DNA from: an uncultured Flavobacteriales bacterium
GTDB taxonomy: Bacteria > Bacteroidota > Bacteroidia > Flavobacteriales_D > Parvicellaceae
Assembly: GCA_938084875.1 (NCBI GenBank)
Contig: CALKFX010000041.1
Coordinates: 1-49,049 of the forward strand
Length of the DNA stretch: 49,049 bases
Reading direction: 5' to 3'
In this document: in pieces, positions 38,209 through 46,640 of the stretch
Layout of the letters: the number at the start of each line of letters is the position of its first letter
Numbering within the stretch: the stretch's first letter is position 1
The notes under the pieces: model-generated
The model's input: the letters and a program-made list of their open reading frames with translations, nothing else
What the model was told of the DNA's origin: nothing
The model's database searches: none
Made by a program: the position numbers and the translations under genes

Positions 38209-39137
38209 AAAAAATTATTAATCCTATATCAACTTCTATTCTTGAAAAAGAAATAAACAAAGACACTTTTGTAAGAAAAACCAATTATTGTAATCATGAC
38301 ATATACATAGTAGATTACCACAACCATCCAAATACGACTATGGAAATCGGCAGACTTAGAGAAATTAGTTTTAGAAATGCTGGTGGAGGGACAGGAAAAT
38401 CATATGATTTAGATGAATTTGATATTAGAGAAGAAGCTTATTACAAACAACTTATAGTTTGGGACCCTGAAGAAAAAAAGATCATAGGAGGATACAGATT
38501 TATGCTAGGAAATGATGTTATTAATTCTTCAAAGTACAATAATACAGCTACCAATAATTTATTTGATTTCAGCAGTGATTTCTACTCCAAAACATTAGGA
38601 TTAACAATTGAATTAGGCAGATCATTTGTTCAACCAGAATACCAGCCAAGTTCAGGAAATAGAAAAGCTATATTTTCTCTTGATAACTTATGGGACGGAC
38701 TAGGTGCTTTGGTAGTAGACCACCCAGAAATAAAATATTTTTTTGGAAAAGTAACCATGTATTTAGATTTTAACAAAAAAGGAAGAGATTTAATACTAGG
38801 TTTTATGAACCACTTTTTCAAAGACAAAGATCGATGGATTTCCGCAAAAAACCCCTTAGAATTACACCACGATATAAGCTTTTTTATTGAACAAATAAAA
38901 GAATTAGACTATAAGGAATCCTATAAGATATTGACAAAAAAGCTCAAAGAATTAAATTGCTCTTTACCCCCTTTAATTGCTGCATATATGAATCTTTCAT
39001 CTTCTATGAAAACATTTGGAACAGTAATGAATTCAAAATTTGGAGATGTAGAAGAAACTGGAATTCTTATATCTATTGATGACATTTACCCAGAAAAGAA
39101 AGACAGACACGTAAACACCTATAAAAAATTAAAATAA
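38205..39137 (+). CDS. GNAT-fold N-acyl amino acid synthase (OlsB / GlsB / hemolysin-like N-acyltransferase)
   Basis: IGRLREISFR, IIGGYRFMLG, and ELGRSFVQPEYQ resemble the OlsB-type (Acetyltransf_5-like) family. Confidence 0.7.
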   Translation: MKKIINPISTSILEKEINKDTFVRKTNYCNHDIYIVDYHNHPNTTMEIGRLREISFRNAGGGTGKSYDLDEFDIREEAYYKQLIVWDPEEKKIIGGYRFMLGNDVINSSKYNNTATNNLFDFSSDFYSKTLGLTIELGRSFVQPEYQPSSGNRKAIFSLDNLWDGLGALVVDHPEIKYFFGKVTMYLDFNKKGRDLILGFMNHFFKDKDRWISAKNPLELHHDISFFIEQIKELDYKESYKILTKKLKELNCSLPPLIAAYMNLSSSMKTFGTVMNSKFGDVEETGILISIDDIYPEKKDRHVNTYKKLK

Positions 39138-39142
39138 CAATT

Positions 39143-39745
39143 ATGGAAATTAATAAATCTGATTTCCTGTGTAGTAATTCTGACTGGAAAAAATGTCCAA
39201 AACCAAATCTCCCAGAATATGCATTTATTGGAAGATCCAATGTTGGAAAATCCTCGTTAATAAATGCACTTACTAATAGCAAAAAACTAGCAAAAACATC
39301 CGGAAAGCCAGGAAAAACACAATTAATCAACCATTTCTTGATAAATAATAACTTCTATCTGGCTGATTTACCTGGGTTTGGATATGCTAAAATTTCAAAA
39401 AAAATAAGAGAAGAATTTCAAAGCTTTACACTCAAATATTTAGAAAACAGAGAAAACTTAGTTTGCCTATTTATGTTAATTGATCTTAGAGTACCTCCTC
39501 AAAAAATTGATCTTGAATTTATGGAGTATTGTGCATTAAAAAAAATACCGTTTGTAATATGTTTTACCAAAGCAGATAAACTTAAGAAAGTTGAGATTGA
39601 AGAAAACACAAATATTTATAAAAAATTCTTATTAAAAGAATGGGAATCCTTTCCAGTAAACTTTACAACTTCTTCAACCAAAAAAATAGGACTTGAGGAT
39701 ATTAAGGAATTTATTAACGAACACAATATTCTATTTAAATCCTGA
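39143..39745 (+). CDS. engB: Ribosome biogenesis GTPase EngB (YsxC/YihA)
   Basis: G1 GRSNVGKSSLINAL, G2 region GKTQ, G3 DLPGFGY, and G4 TKADK. Confidence 0.9.
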   Translation: MEINKSDFLCSNSDWKKCPKPNLPEYAFIGRSNVGKSSLINALTNSKKLAKTSGKPGKTQLINHFLINNNFYLADLPGFGYAKISKKIREEFQSFTLKYLENRENLVCLFMLIDLRVPPQKIDLEFMEYCALKKIPFVICFTKADKLKKVEIEENTNIYKKFLLKEWESFPVNFTTSSTKKIGLEDIKEFINEHNILFKS

Positions 39746-40785
39746 AGAAGAAAAAAAAAATATTAATTGCTCCCCTAGACTGGGGTTTAGGTCATATATC
39801 TAGAACCATTCCGATTATAAAAATTCTGCAAGAAAGAGGGCACGAGGTAATTACATGTGGAAATAAAATATCCTATAATATTTATAAAGAAGAATTTTCA
39901 AAAATTAAACATATTGAAATTCAAGGCTACAAGCCTTATTACAGTAAAAAAAGAAGCCAAAAGTGGGCGTTAATAAAACAAATTCCAAAATTTATTAAAA
40001 CTATACATAATGAAAGAAAGATAGCTGAGAAAATAAGTCTTGAGCAAAATGTGGACATAATTATTTCAGATAATAGATTTGGGTTTAGAAGCAGTAAAAC
40101 ATTAAACATATATATAACTCACCAACTTAAAATTAATGGCCCCTTACTTTTAATGAAGATTGTTAACCTAATAAATAGACTATTAATTCAAAAGTTTGAC
40201 CACTGTTGGGTTCCTGACTATAATAACTCTTCACTGTCAGGAAAACTATCTCAATCTAGTCTGGAGAAAACCTTTATTGGACCACTAAGTAGGTTTAAAA
40301 CAAGTGTGAGTAAAACTAAAAAGTATAAATACAAATATTTAGCAATTATCTCTGGACCGGAACCACAAAGAAGTATATTCGAAGATGAAATTCAAATTTG
40401 TTTCCTTAAGACTAACAAACATTGCGCGATAATAAATGGTCTAATAAACACAAAAGAAATATCTTCTGGGAAGATTTCTTTTTACCCACATTTAGAAACA
40501 ACTGCTTTTAAAGAATTAATAACCAAATCTGAGCTGGTTATATGTAGGTCTGGATATAGCAGTATAATGGATCTTTATATTATGCAAAAAAAAGTTCTTT
40601 TCATACCAACACCAGGTCAAACAGAACAAGAATATTTAGCCAAACACCATCAAAAAACTCATTCAATTTACTATCAAAAGCAAGGAAGAATAGACCTTGA
40701 AAAAGCAAGTTTTAATTTTATACAACCAAAATCTGAATTGAAAAAAAATCTACTTCAAGCAGCTTTTAAAAAGGTAATTTTATAA
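39739..40785 (+). CDS. MurG-like (GT28/GT1-type) glycosyltransferase with an unresolved start codon. The open frame spans 39739..40785.
   Basis: The ORF track starts at GTG 40051. The same frame is open back to the TAA at 39736..39738 and encodes KKKKKILIAPLDWGLGHISRTIPIIKILQERGHEVITCG, the conserved N-terminal Rossmann half of this GT family. The C-terminal half carries RSGYSSIMD and IPTPGQTEQ. There is no in-frame ATG, GTG or TTG between 39739 and 40051. Confidence 0.7.
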   Translation: MLKKKKKILIAPLDWGLGHISRTIPIIKILQERGHEVITCGNKISYNIYKEEFSKIKHIEIQGYKPYYSKKRSQKWALIKQIPKFIKTIHNERKIAEKISLEQNVDIIISDNRFGFRSSKTLNIYITHQLKINGPLLLMKIVNLINRLLIQKFDHCWVPDYNNSSLSGKLSQSSLEKTFIGPLSRFKTSVSKTKKYKYKYLAIISGPEPQRSIFEDEIQICFLKTNKHCAIINGLINTKEISSGKISFYPHLETTAFKELITKSELVICRSGYSSIMDLYIMQKKVLFIPTPGQTEQEYLAKHHQKTHSIYYQKQGRIDLEKASFNFIQPKSELKKNLLQAAFKKVIL

Positions 40786-40790
40786 AAATT

Positions 40791-41636
40791 TCATCTAGCT
40801 AAATTCACAAATCTGTAGTCAGAGTCATTTTCTTGCCAAGCAACAGCGACAACATATAAATTGCTGTAATTCCACGCCCCGGTTGAGTCCAAGGGAATAT
40901 CATAAAATGAAGTTAAATTATTACCGTTAAAATCAAAATTTAATGATGATCCAAAAACATCTATATTATCGGATGCTTCTTTTCTCAATACATTATTGTG
41001 AATAAAATTTTGATTATAATTACCGCCTATGTTTTGTTCTTTCACAACACCATCTTCTAAAATATAAACAGATAAATAATAATTATCATTAGAGGTTTCA
41101 CTAGATAATTTAGATTGTACTTTAATATTCATTTCATTTCCATTTATCGAATATTCTAAATCCATATTTATTTCTGAAAATAAATTTAAATCATCTTCAA
41201 TAGCACTTGCTAACTGACTGAAATTATTTGGATTATTTGATGGACTAATTACACTATTTAGTCCTGAATAAAAATAAGGACAGCCTAACAACCCATTAAC
41301 AGTATCTAGATAGGACTGAGTTAATGAACTTATATTTGAAGTGAGCTCGTCATTTTTGTGTAAGCTAATAATTTGAACACCGGGATAATTAGAAGAAATA
41401 TCATCAACAAAAGATTTCCCTATATCTCCACAATATTGACACCATATTCCAGTTGAATAGTAAATAAGAGTTTTTCTATCGTTTTCAGGATAGGTACAAC
41501 TTCCGTCATCTTTTTTAGCCTCAACATCATAAGCTAAGCTAATAGGATCTGTACAACCCTTTTTTCTACAGGAAGATATTGTAGTTAAAAAAACAAAAAG
41601 AATGAAAACTGAACTCCTCAAGTTAATGTGCATCAC
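40791..41636 (-). CDS. Thioredoxin-fold lipoprotein (Omp28-related type?), paralogue B (WCQYC)
   Basis: Lipobox ISSC, Cys-module GCTDPISLAYDVEAKKDDGSCTYPEN, thioredoxin-like STGIWCQYCG, and a C-terminal NLYVVAVAWQEN...FVNLAR shared with the neighbouring gene. Confidence 0.7.
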   Translation of the reverse strand: MMHINLRSSVFILFVFLTTISSCRKKGCTDPISLAYDVEAKKDDGSCTYPENDRKTLIYYSTGIWCQYCGDIGKSFVDDISSNYPGVQIISLHKNDELTSNISSLTQSYLDTVNGLLGCPYFYSGLNSVISPSNNPNNFSQLASAIEDDLNLFSEINMDLEYSINGNEMNIKVQSKLSSETSNDNYYLSVYILEDGVVKEQNIGGNYNQNFIHNNVLRKEASDNIDVFGSSLNFDFNGNNLTSFYDIPLDSTGAWNYSNLYVVAVAWQENDSDYRFVNLAR

Positions 41637-41652
41637 ATATTTTTTATATGAG

Positions 41653-42459
41653 TTATCTTGCTAGATTAATAAAATCATAAGTAGAACCATTTTGTTGCCA
41701 AATTACAGCTACAACATAAAGGTTTCCATGATTCCAAATAGGATCAGGAACTAAAGCCGCTGTAACTTCTGTTAGGTTCTTTCCATCTTCAAATGTAATT
41801 GGCATCCCAAAGGTCGATCCATTAGCTTCGGTACGAAGAGTATGATTATGAACATAATCAACTACTTCTCCAACACCACTTACCTGTTGAGGAGCAACTT
41901 GGCCATCTTCCATAATATATAAAGCTAAATAACAGTTATCCCCAGAAAATTGATTTTCTAACTGTGATTGAACTCTAATTAACATATTTCCGTCTAAAAT
42001 TGAATGTTCTACTGCCATTGAGGCCTGATTGATAGTAGAAAGATCAGCAGATATTAAATCGGATACATTTCCATAACCAGAATTACCCATGGGATCTAAT
42101 CCTAAATAAAATGAGGGAACTCCAGTTGGATTTAAAATCGACATTAAATTATAGCCTATGTCAACTCCGAAATCAGAATCATCATGCACTGAAATAACTT
42201 CAGCATTGCCAGAAAAATCATTATAAATATTATTTACATATTCTGCACCCCAATCACCACAAGGAGGGCACCAAGTGGCTGTCACTTTAAGAACTAAAGA
42301 TTTTTTAACATTTTCAGGATAAGTACAGCTTCCATCATCTTTAGATGCTTCAACATCGTAGGCTAAACTCATAGGGTCAGTACAACCTTTTTTACTACAA
42401 CTTGAAAAAACTGATATTAAAATAAAAAACAGTGAAAAAGTTTTATAAATATTTCTCAT
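41653..42459 (-). CDS. Thioredoxin-fold lipoprotein (Omp28-related type?), paralogue A (WCPPC)
   Basis: Lipobox FSSC, Cys-module GCTDPMSLAYDVEASKDDGSCTYPEN, the canonical thioredoxin motif TATWCPPCG, and a C-terminal NLYVVAVIWQQN...FINLAR. Confidence 0.7.
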   Translation of the reverse strand: MRNIYKTFSLFFILISVFSSCSKKGCTDPMSLAYDVEASKDDGSCTYPENVKKSLVLKVTATWCPPCGDWGAEYVNNIYNDFSGNAEVISVHDDSDFGVDIGYNLMSILNPTGVPSFYLGLDPMGNSGYGNVSDLISADLSTINQASMAVEHSILDGNMLIRVQSQLENQFSGDNCYLALYIMEDGQVAPQQVSGVGEVVDYVHNHTLRTEANGSTFGMPITFEDGKNLTEVTAALVPDPIWNHGNLYVVAVIWQQNGSTYDFINLAR

Positions 42460-42470
42460 AATATTAAAAT

Positions 42471-43514
42471 TTAAATTTTTGTTAAGGTAAAGAAAAAATT
42501 TGAACCTTTACCTTCAATACTACTTACCTGAACAGTGTGACCATGGGCTTCAATTATATGTTTAACAATTGAAAGTCCCAAACCTGTACCTCCTTCATTT
42601 CTTGCTCTACTTTTGTCTACTCTGTAAAAGCGTTCAAAAAGACGACTAATATGTTTTTCGTCAATTCCTGGACCATTGTCCTCAATTTCAATCAATAAAT
42701 TTCTTTCAACATCTGTAAACCTAACTACTACTTCTGTACCAGGGTCTGAGTACTTAATTGCATTGATTATTAAATTTTGCATTACTTGACCGATTTTATC
42801 CTTGTCACAATTTACTAAAATTTCGTTCGAATAATTCTCTGCAAATCTAAGAGTTATCTTGTTTTCTTTAGCCTTTAACTCCAAACTTTCAAAAATATCT
42901 TGACATATTTCTACAATATTATTGTTCTGAATTTCCATATTGATTCTATCAGATTCAAATCTCGATATCATATCTAAATCAATAATTATTTTATTCATTC
43001 TTTCTGCACCCTTTAAAGCTCTTTGTAAAAATCTTTTGTTGATAGATGAATCTTCTAACCCACCCTCCAAAAGAGTTAAAATATATCCTTGAATACTAAA
43101 TATTGGAGTCTTTAACTCGTGTGCAAGGTTACCAATGAATTCCCTTCGAAACTTTTCTTCAGACTTAAGTTTTACCAATTCTGAACTATTACTTTTTGCA
43201 ATTTTTAAAATCTCAACCTCACTTTTAGATAATATATCTTCATTCATATTCCATTTAAAATCAGTACTTGAAATTTTATAGTTTTGAACCAATTTAAATA
43301 GCAATCTGATTTTTCTATTTATAAAAATCTCTAACAAAAGGAATGTTACAGTAGCTATTAGAATAAAAAAAAATAAAAATAAAAACAAACAATCATAAAC
43401 AGTCAAATTCACGTCATAATAGTAGAAATTGCAAATAGATACAGCAAGAACTAACAATACAGAAGCTATGAATGAACAAAAGATGGTAAATTTGAATGGT
43501 GTATTAATTTTCAT
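42471..43514 (-). CDS. Sensor histidine kinase (HisKA + HATPase_c) with two TM helices and almost no external loop
   Basis: H-box FIGNLAHELKTPIFSIQGY, N-box QNLIINAIKYS, G1 DNGPGI, and G2 GGTGLGLSIV. No response regulator is adjacent. Confidence 0.85.
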   Translation of the reverse strand: MKINTPFKFTIFCSFIASVLLVLAVSICNFYYYDVNLTVYDCLFLFLFFFILIATVTFLLLEIFINRKIRLLFKLVQNYKISSTDFKWNMNEDILSKSEVEILKIAKSNSSELVKLKSEEKFRREFIGNLAHELKTPIFSIQGYILTLLEGGLEDSSINKRFLQRALKGAERMNKIIIDLDMISRFESDRINMEIQNNNIVEICQDIFESLELKAKENKITLRFAENYSNEILVNCDKDKIGQVMQNLIINAIKYSDPGTEVVVRFTDVERNLLIEIEDNGPGIDEKHISRLFERFYRVDKSRARNEGGTGLGLSIVKHIIEAHGHTVQVSSIEGKGSNFFFTLTKI

Positions 43515-43564
43515 TGATCATAAAATTCTATATCAAAGATAGTATCTTAGGGCTTTAAATTAAA

Positions 43565-43990
43565 ATGGGAAATATAAATATTCTTGTTATATGCACTGGA
43601 AACAGTTGCAGGAGCCAAATAGCTGAAGGCTATTTAAAATATTTCAGCAAACAATTAAACATGAATACCAATGTTTATAGTGCAGGAATAAGAGCAGAAG
43701 GAATAAATAAAAAAGCCATAGAAATAATGGCCAAAGATGGAATTGACATTTCTAACCACACTTCAAACGCCTTAGAAGAATACAAAAACACAGAAATTTC
43801 TCACGTGATTACAGTTTGTGACCATGCCAACGAAAGTTGTCCAGTATATTTAAAGAAAGTTAATCTCACACATCAAAATTTCTCAGATCCATCGAAAGTC
43901 ATAGGAAATGAATTTGAAATACAAGATGCATTTGAAAAATGTAGAGAGGAAATAAAGTCATTCATCTTTAGCTATTTAAAGAAAGTTTGA
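43565..43990 (+). CDS. arsC: Arsenate reductase, LMW-PTP family (thioredoxin-coupled type)
   Basis: P-loop ICTGNSCRSQIAEGY (CX5R) plus the second Cys pair VCDHANESCP, as in the pI258/Bacillus ArsC type. Confidence 0.75.
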   Translation: MGNINILVICTGNSCRSQIAEGYLKYFSKQLNMNTNVYSAGIRAEGINKKAIEIMAKDGIDISNHTSNALEEYKNTEISHVITVCDHANESCPVYLKKVNLTHQNFSDPSKVIGNEFEIQDAFEKCREEIKSFIFSYLKKV

Positions 43991-44121
43991 AAAATTAATT
44001 ATTTTGATTCTGTAGTATACAATGATTTTTGGCAAATAATTACCACAAATAAAAAAAATTAAACATCATAGAATATCTTCTTTAAGTGTACAAATAAATT
44101 AAAGGAAAACTTTTCTTTCAT

Positions 44122-45267
44122 TTAGTTCTTTAAAAAACGCTTAAAAATAGACCGAACAAAAGGTTTAGGAGATACTGATGTAATAATCTTCAGATCTTCT
44201 ATAAAGTTGGATTCCTCAGCCAAAAACTTTAAGATAGTTTTGACATTTACTTTTTTAAAAATAGAAGCAAACAATGAAGACCCATTTTCGTTGTCATTAG
44301 CAAGTACGTCTAAAAAAAACAAATCGTAAATCCAATATTTAGTTCTTTTAGCAAACCCTGATAAATCATCTTCTTTTTTAAGAAAAGAAACCAAGTCTTG
44401 AGTCTTTTTAGAAGTATTATAAAAGGTATACCCTGTGCTTGCCTTAGTCCATCCTCCTGCAGTTCCAATATTAAGTATGCTATTTGAGTTTAATTCTTGA
44501 AATTTGAAAGAAGTCATAGGGATAACCCCATTTTCTTTCTCTAAAATCTCAAATTCAGTAACCTTTTTTTCTTTTAAGTAATCCTTTATTGCAACTTCGT
44601 ATTCAGAACGTTCTAATAAGTCTTTTGAAAATAAAGTGTACTCAAACAGCGCTATATTTTTATCGATTGGTAAAACATACATAAAACGGGTGTTGCCATT
44701 CTGAGGGATATTGAAGTCCATAAAGGTGGCAACCGAATCATCAAAACAGTTTATTTTTGTTTTCACAAACCAGCCCATAAAATGCTGTTGTAATACAGGA
44801 TATTTTTGTTGTTTTTCATAAACTGTTTTATCTGGAATGCTGTTTAGAAGTTTCAACCCAAAATAAGTTGATTTATTTGTAACAACTTTTACTTTATTAT
44901 CTGCTTCTGAATATGTTTTGACACTGTCTTCAACAAAAGTAATATTGGGCTTTAGATCTATACTTCTCCAAAGTTTTTGATAAAACTTTTCACTTCTTAT
45001 CATCTTATAACTAAATGGTGAAATATTAAGTGTTTCAGTGAAATCTTTACTTCCAAAAAACACCTTAGGCCACTTTTTAGATAACAATTCATCCCACTCT
45101 CCAACTCCTTGTTCCCAATAACACCAAGTTTTATCGTTTCCTTTATCTTTTTTTTGATCAATAATTAAAATGGATTTATCATCAAAATAACTATCTAGAG
45201 ACATGCGATAAGCAAGCAATAAACCTGATGCTCCAGCTCCTAGGATGATGTAAGACGAAGGAGTCAT
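44122..45267 (-). CDS. crtY: Lycopene beta-cyclase (CrtY family)
   Basis: FAD/NAD fold N-terminus YIILGAGASGLLLA, 381 aa, and GTAGGWTKASTGY. It lies next to crtZ, crtB and crtI. Confidence 0.8.
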   Translation of the reverse strand: MTPSSYIILGAGASGLLLAYRMSLDSYFDDKSILIIDQKKDKGNDKTWCYWEQGVGEWDELLSKKWPKVFFGSKDFTETLNISPFSYKMIRSEKFYQKLWRSIDLKPNITFVEDSVKTYSEADNKVKVVTNKSTYFGLKLLNSIPDKTVYEKQQKYPVLQQHFMGWFVKTKINCFDDSVATFMDFNIPQNGNTRFMYVLPIDKNIALFEYTLFSKDLLERSEYEVAIKDYLKEKKVTEFEILEKENGVIPMTSFKFQELNSNSILNIGTAGGWTKASTGYTFYNTSKKTQDLVSFLKKEDDLSGFAKRTKYWIYDLFFLDVLANDNENGSSLFASIFKKVNVKTILKFLAEESNFIEDLKIITSVSPKPFVRSIFKRFLKN

Positions 45268-45357
45268 CTATAATAAAAAGAAAATTGAAAGAAAATAATA
45301 ACAAATGCCAAAAACGAACAAAAATGTATTGTTTGGTACAAATATTTTTGCATAAAG

Positions 45358-45813
45358 CTATTTAAATTGTCTGAAATATTTAAAAGGAACCAATAGCATT
45401 CCAAAACATACCCCGCCTTCTTTAGACAGTTTTTTATGATGGGCTTTGTGCCCTCTTCTTATACCCAACAAATATCTATTTTTAGTTTTCTTAAGAACTT
45501 TTACTCTTTGATGAATAAATAAATCGTGAACAAAAAAATAGGCCATTCCATAGAAAGTAATTCCCATACCAATCCAAAAGGGAATAAATTCTAATCCTAT
45601 TTCAATACCATACATAATTAAAATTGATCCTGGTAATGCAAAAATCAAAAAGAAGAAATCATTTTTTTCAAAAAAGCCTTTATTGTCTCTAGTATGGTGG
45701 TCTCTATGAAAATACCATAATAGACCATGCATAATATAACGATGCGTAAACCAGGCAATAAATTCCATGGCAAAAAAAGTAACAATAAAAACAGAAAAAT
45801 TTATTAAATCCAA
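45358..45813 (-). CDS. crtZ: Beta-carotene 3-hydroxylase
   Basis: Fatty-acid-hydroxylase histidine boxes HRYIMHG, HRDHH, HDLFIHQR, and HKAHHK. TTG start overlapping crtB by 10 nt. Confidence 0.85.
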   Translation of the reverse strand: MDLINFSVFIVTFFAMEFIAWFTHRYIMHGLLWYFHRDHHTRDNKGFFEKNDFFFLIFALPGSILIMYGIEIGLEFIPFWIGMGITFYGMAYFFVHDLFIHQRVKVLKKTKNRYLLGIRRGHKAHHKKLSKEGGVCFGMLLVPFKYFRQFK

Positions 45814-46640
45814 TTGAATTGATTTTGGAACATAGATTTAAAGGTAATAAGGATTTTTTTAGTATTTGGAACTCTTATTCTTTCTTCCATTAATCTATCA
45901 GAAGAAACCTTTTTTATCTTTTTAAATAAAGAAAAATAATATCTGTAAGCTACATAAACTCCTAACCTTGAGGAGGATGGCAGTTTAATAATACCTTCAA
46001 GTGCACATTCGAAATCATCTTGAATGTCTTCTTCAATTTTGAGTTTTTCATCAGGTGTAAATTTCTCCAAATCTACTCCTGGAAAATAAGTTCTACCCAA
46101 CTCTTGATAATCTGCTTTGACATCTCTTAGAAAATTGATTTTCTGAAAAGCAGCTCCCAACTTACGTGCAGGTTCTTCAAGATTTAAATATAAATCGTTA
46201 TCACCATTTACAAAAACTTTCAAACACATTAAACCAACAACTTCTGCAGAACCTACAATGTATTCTTTATATCCATCACTTGAATATTGAATATCATTCA
46301 AATCTTGCTCCATACTTAGAAGAAACTTATCAATTAATTCTCTATCAATGGAGAATTTATTAACCACCATTTGAAAAGCATGAAGAATAGGATTAACACT
46401 TATTTTCCTATCTAGAGATTTATATGTTTCTTCTTTAAACTCTTGTAACATCTTAGATTTAGGATAGTCATGAAAAGTATCGACAATTTCATCTGCTAAT
46501 CGAACAAAACCATAAATGGAAAAAATAGCATCGTGAATATTCTTGTCTAATAATTTAATTCCCATAGAAAAACTAGTACTGTAAAGTTGAGTTACATTTT
46601 TGCTAGCATCTACGGATATTTTATGATACAAATCTATCAT
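45804..46640 (-). CDS. crtB: Phytoene synthase
   Basis: YSTSFSMGI, the Asp-rich motif FVRLADEIVD, and a second motif around YIVGSAEVVG / FLRDVKADY. Confidence 0.9.
   Translation of the reverse strand: MIDLYHKISVDASKNVTQLYSTSFSMGIKLLDKNIHDAIFSIYGFVRLADEIVDTFHDYPKSKMLQEFKEETYKSLDRKISVNPILHAFQMVVNKFSIDRELIDKFLLSMEQDLNDIQYSSDGYKEYIVGSAEVVGLMCLKVFVNGDNDLYLNLEEPARKLGAAFQKINFLRDVKADYQELGRTYFPGVDLEKFTPDEKLKIEEDIQDDFECALEGIIKLPSSSRLGVYVAYRYYFSLFKKIKKVSSDRLMEERIRVPNTKKILITFKSMFQNQFNWI

Noticed and set aside
39693-39760. EngB-glycosyltransferase fusion, or rescue of an upstream start by slippage in the A10 tract
   Set aside because: The engB frame and the GT frame differ, and engB ends at a clean TGA. 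The only upstream start reachable by a +1 A slip is a TTG at 39693 inside engB. That would add an unconserved-looking 23-aa extension. No ATG exists in any frame nearby.
40051-40053. GTG 40051 as the true start of the glycosyltransferase, as in the ORF track
   Set aside because: It would delete the conserved N-terminal Rossmann half (LIAPLDWGLGH...), which is encoded in the same open frame immediately upstream. A 244-aa product would be a half-enzyme.
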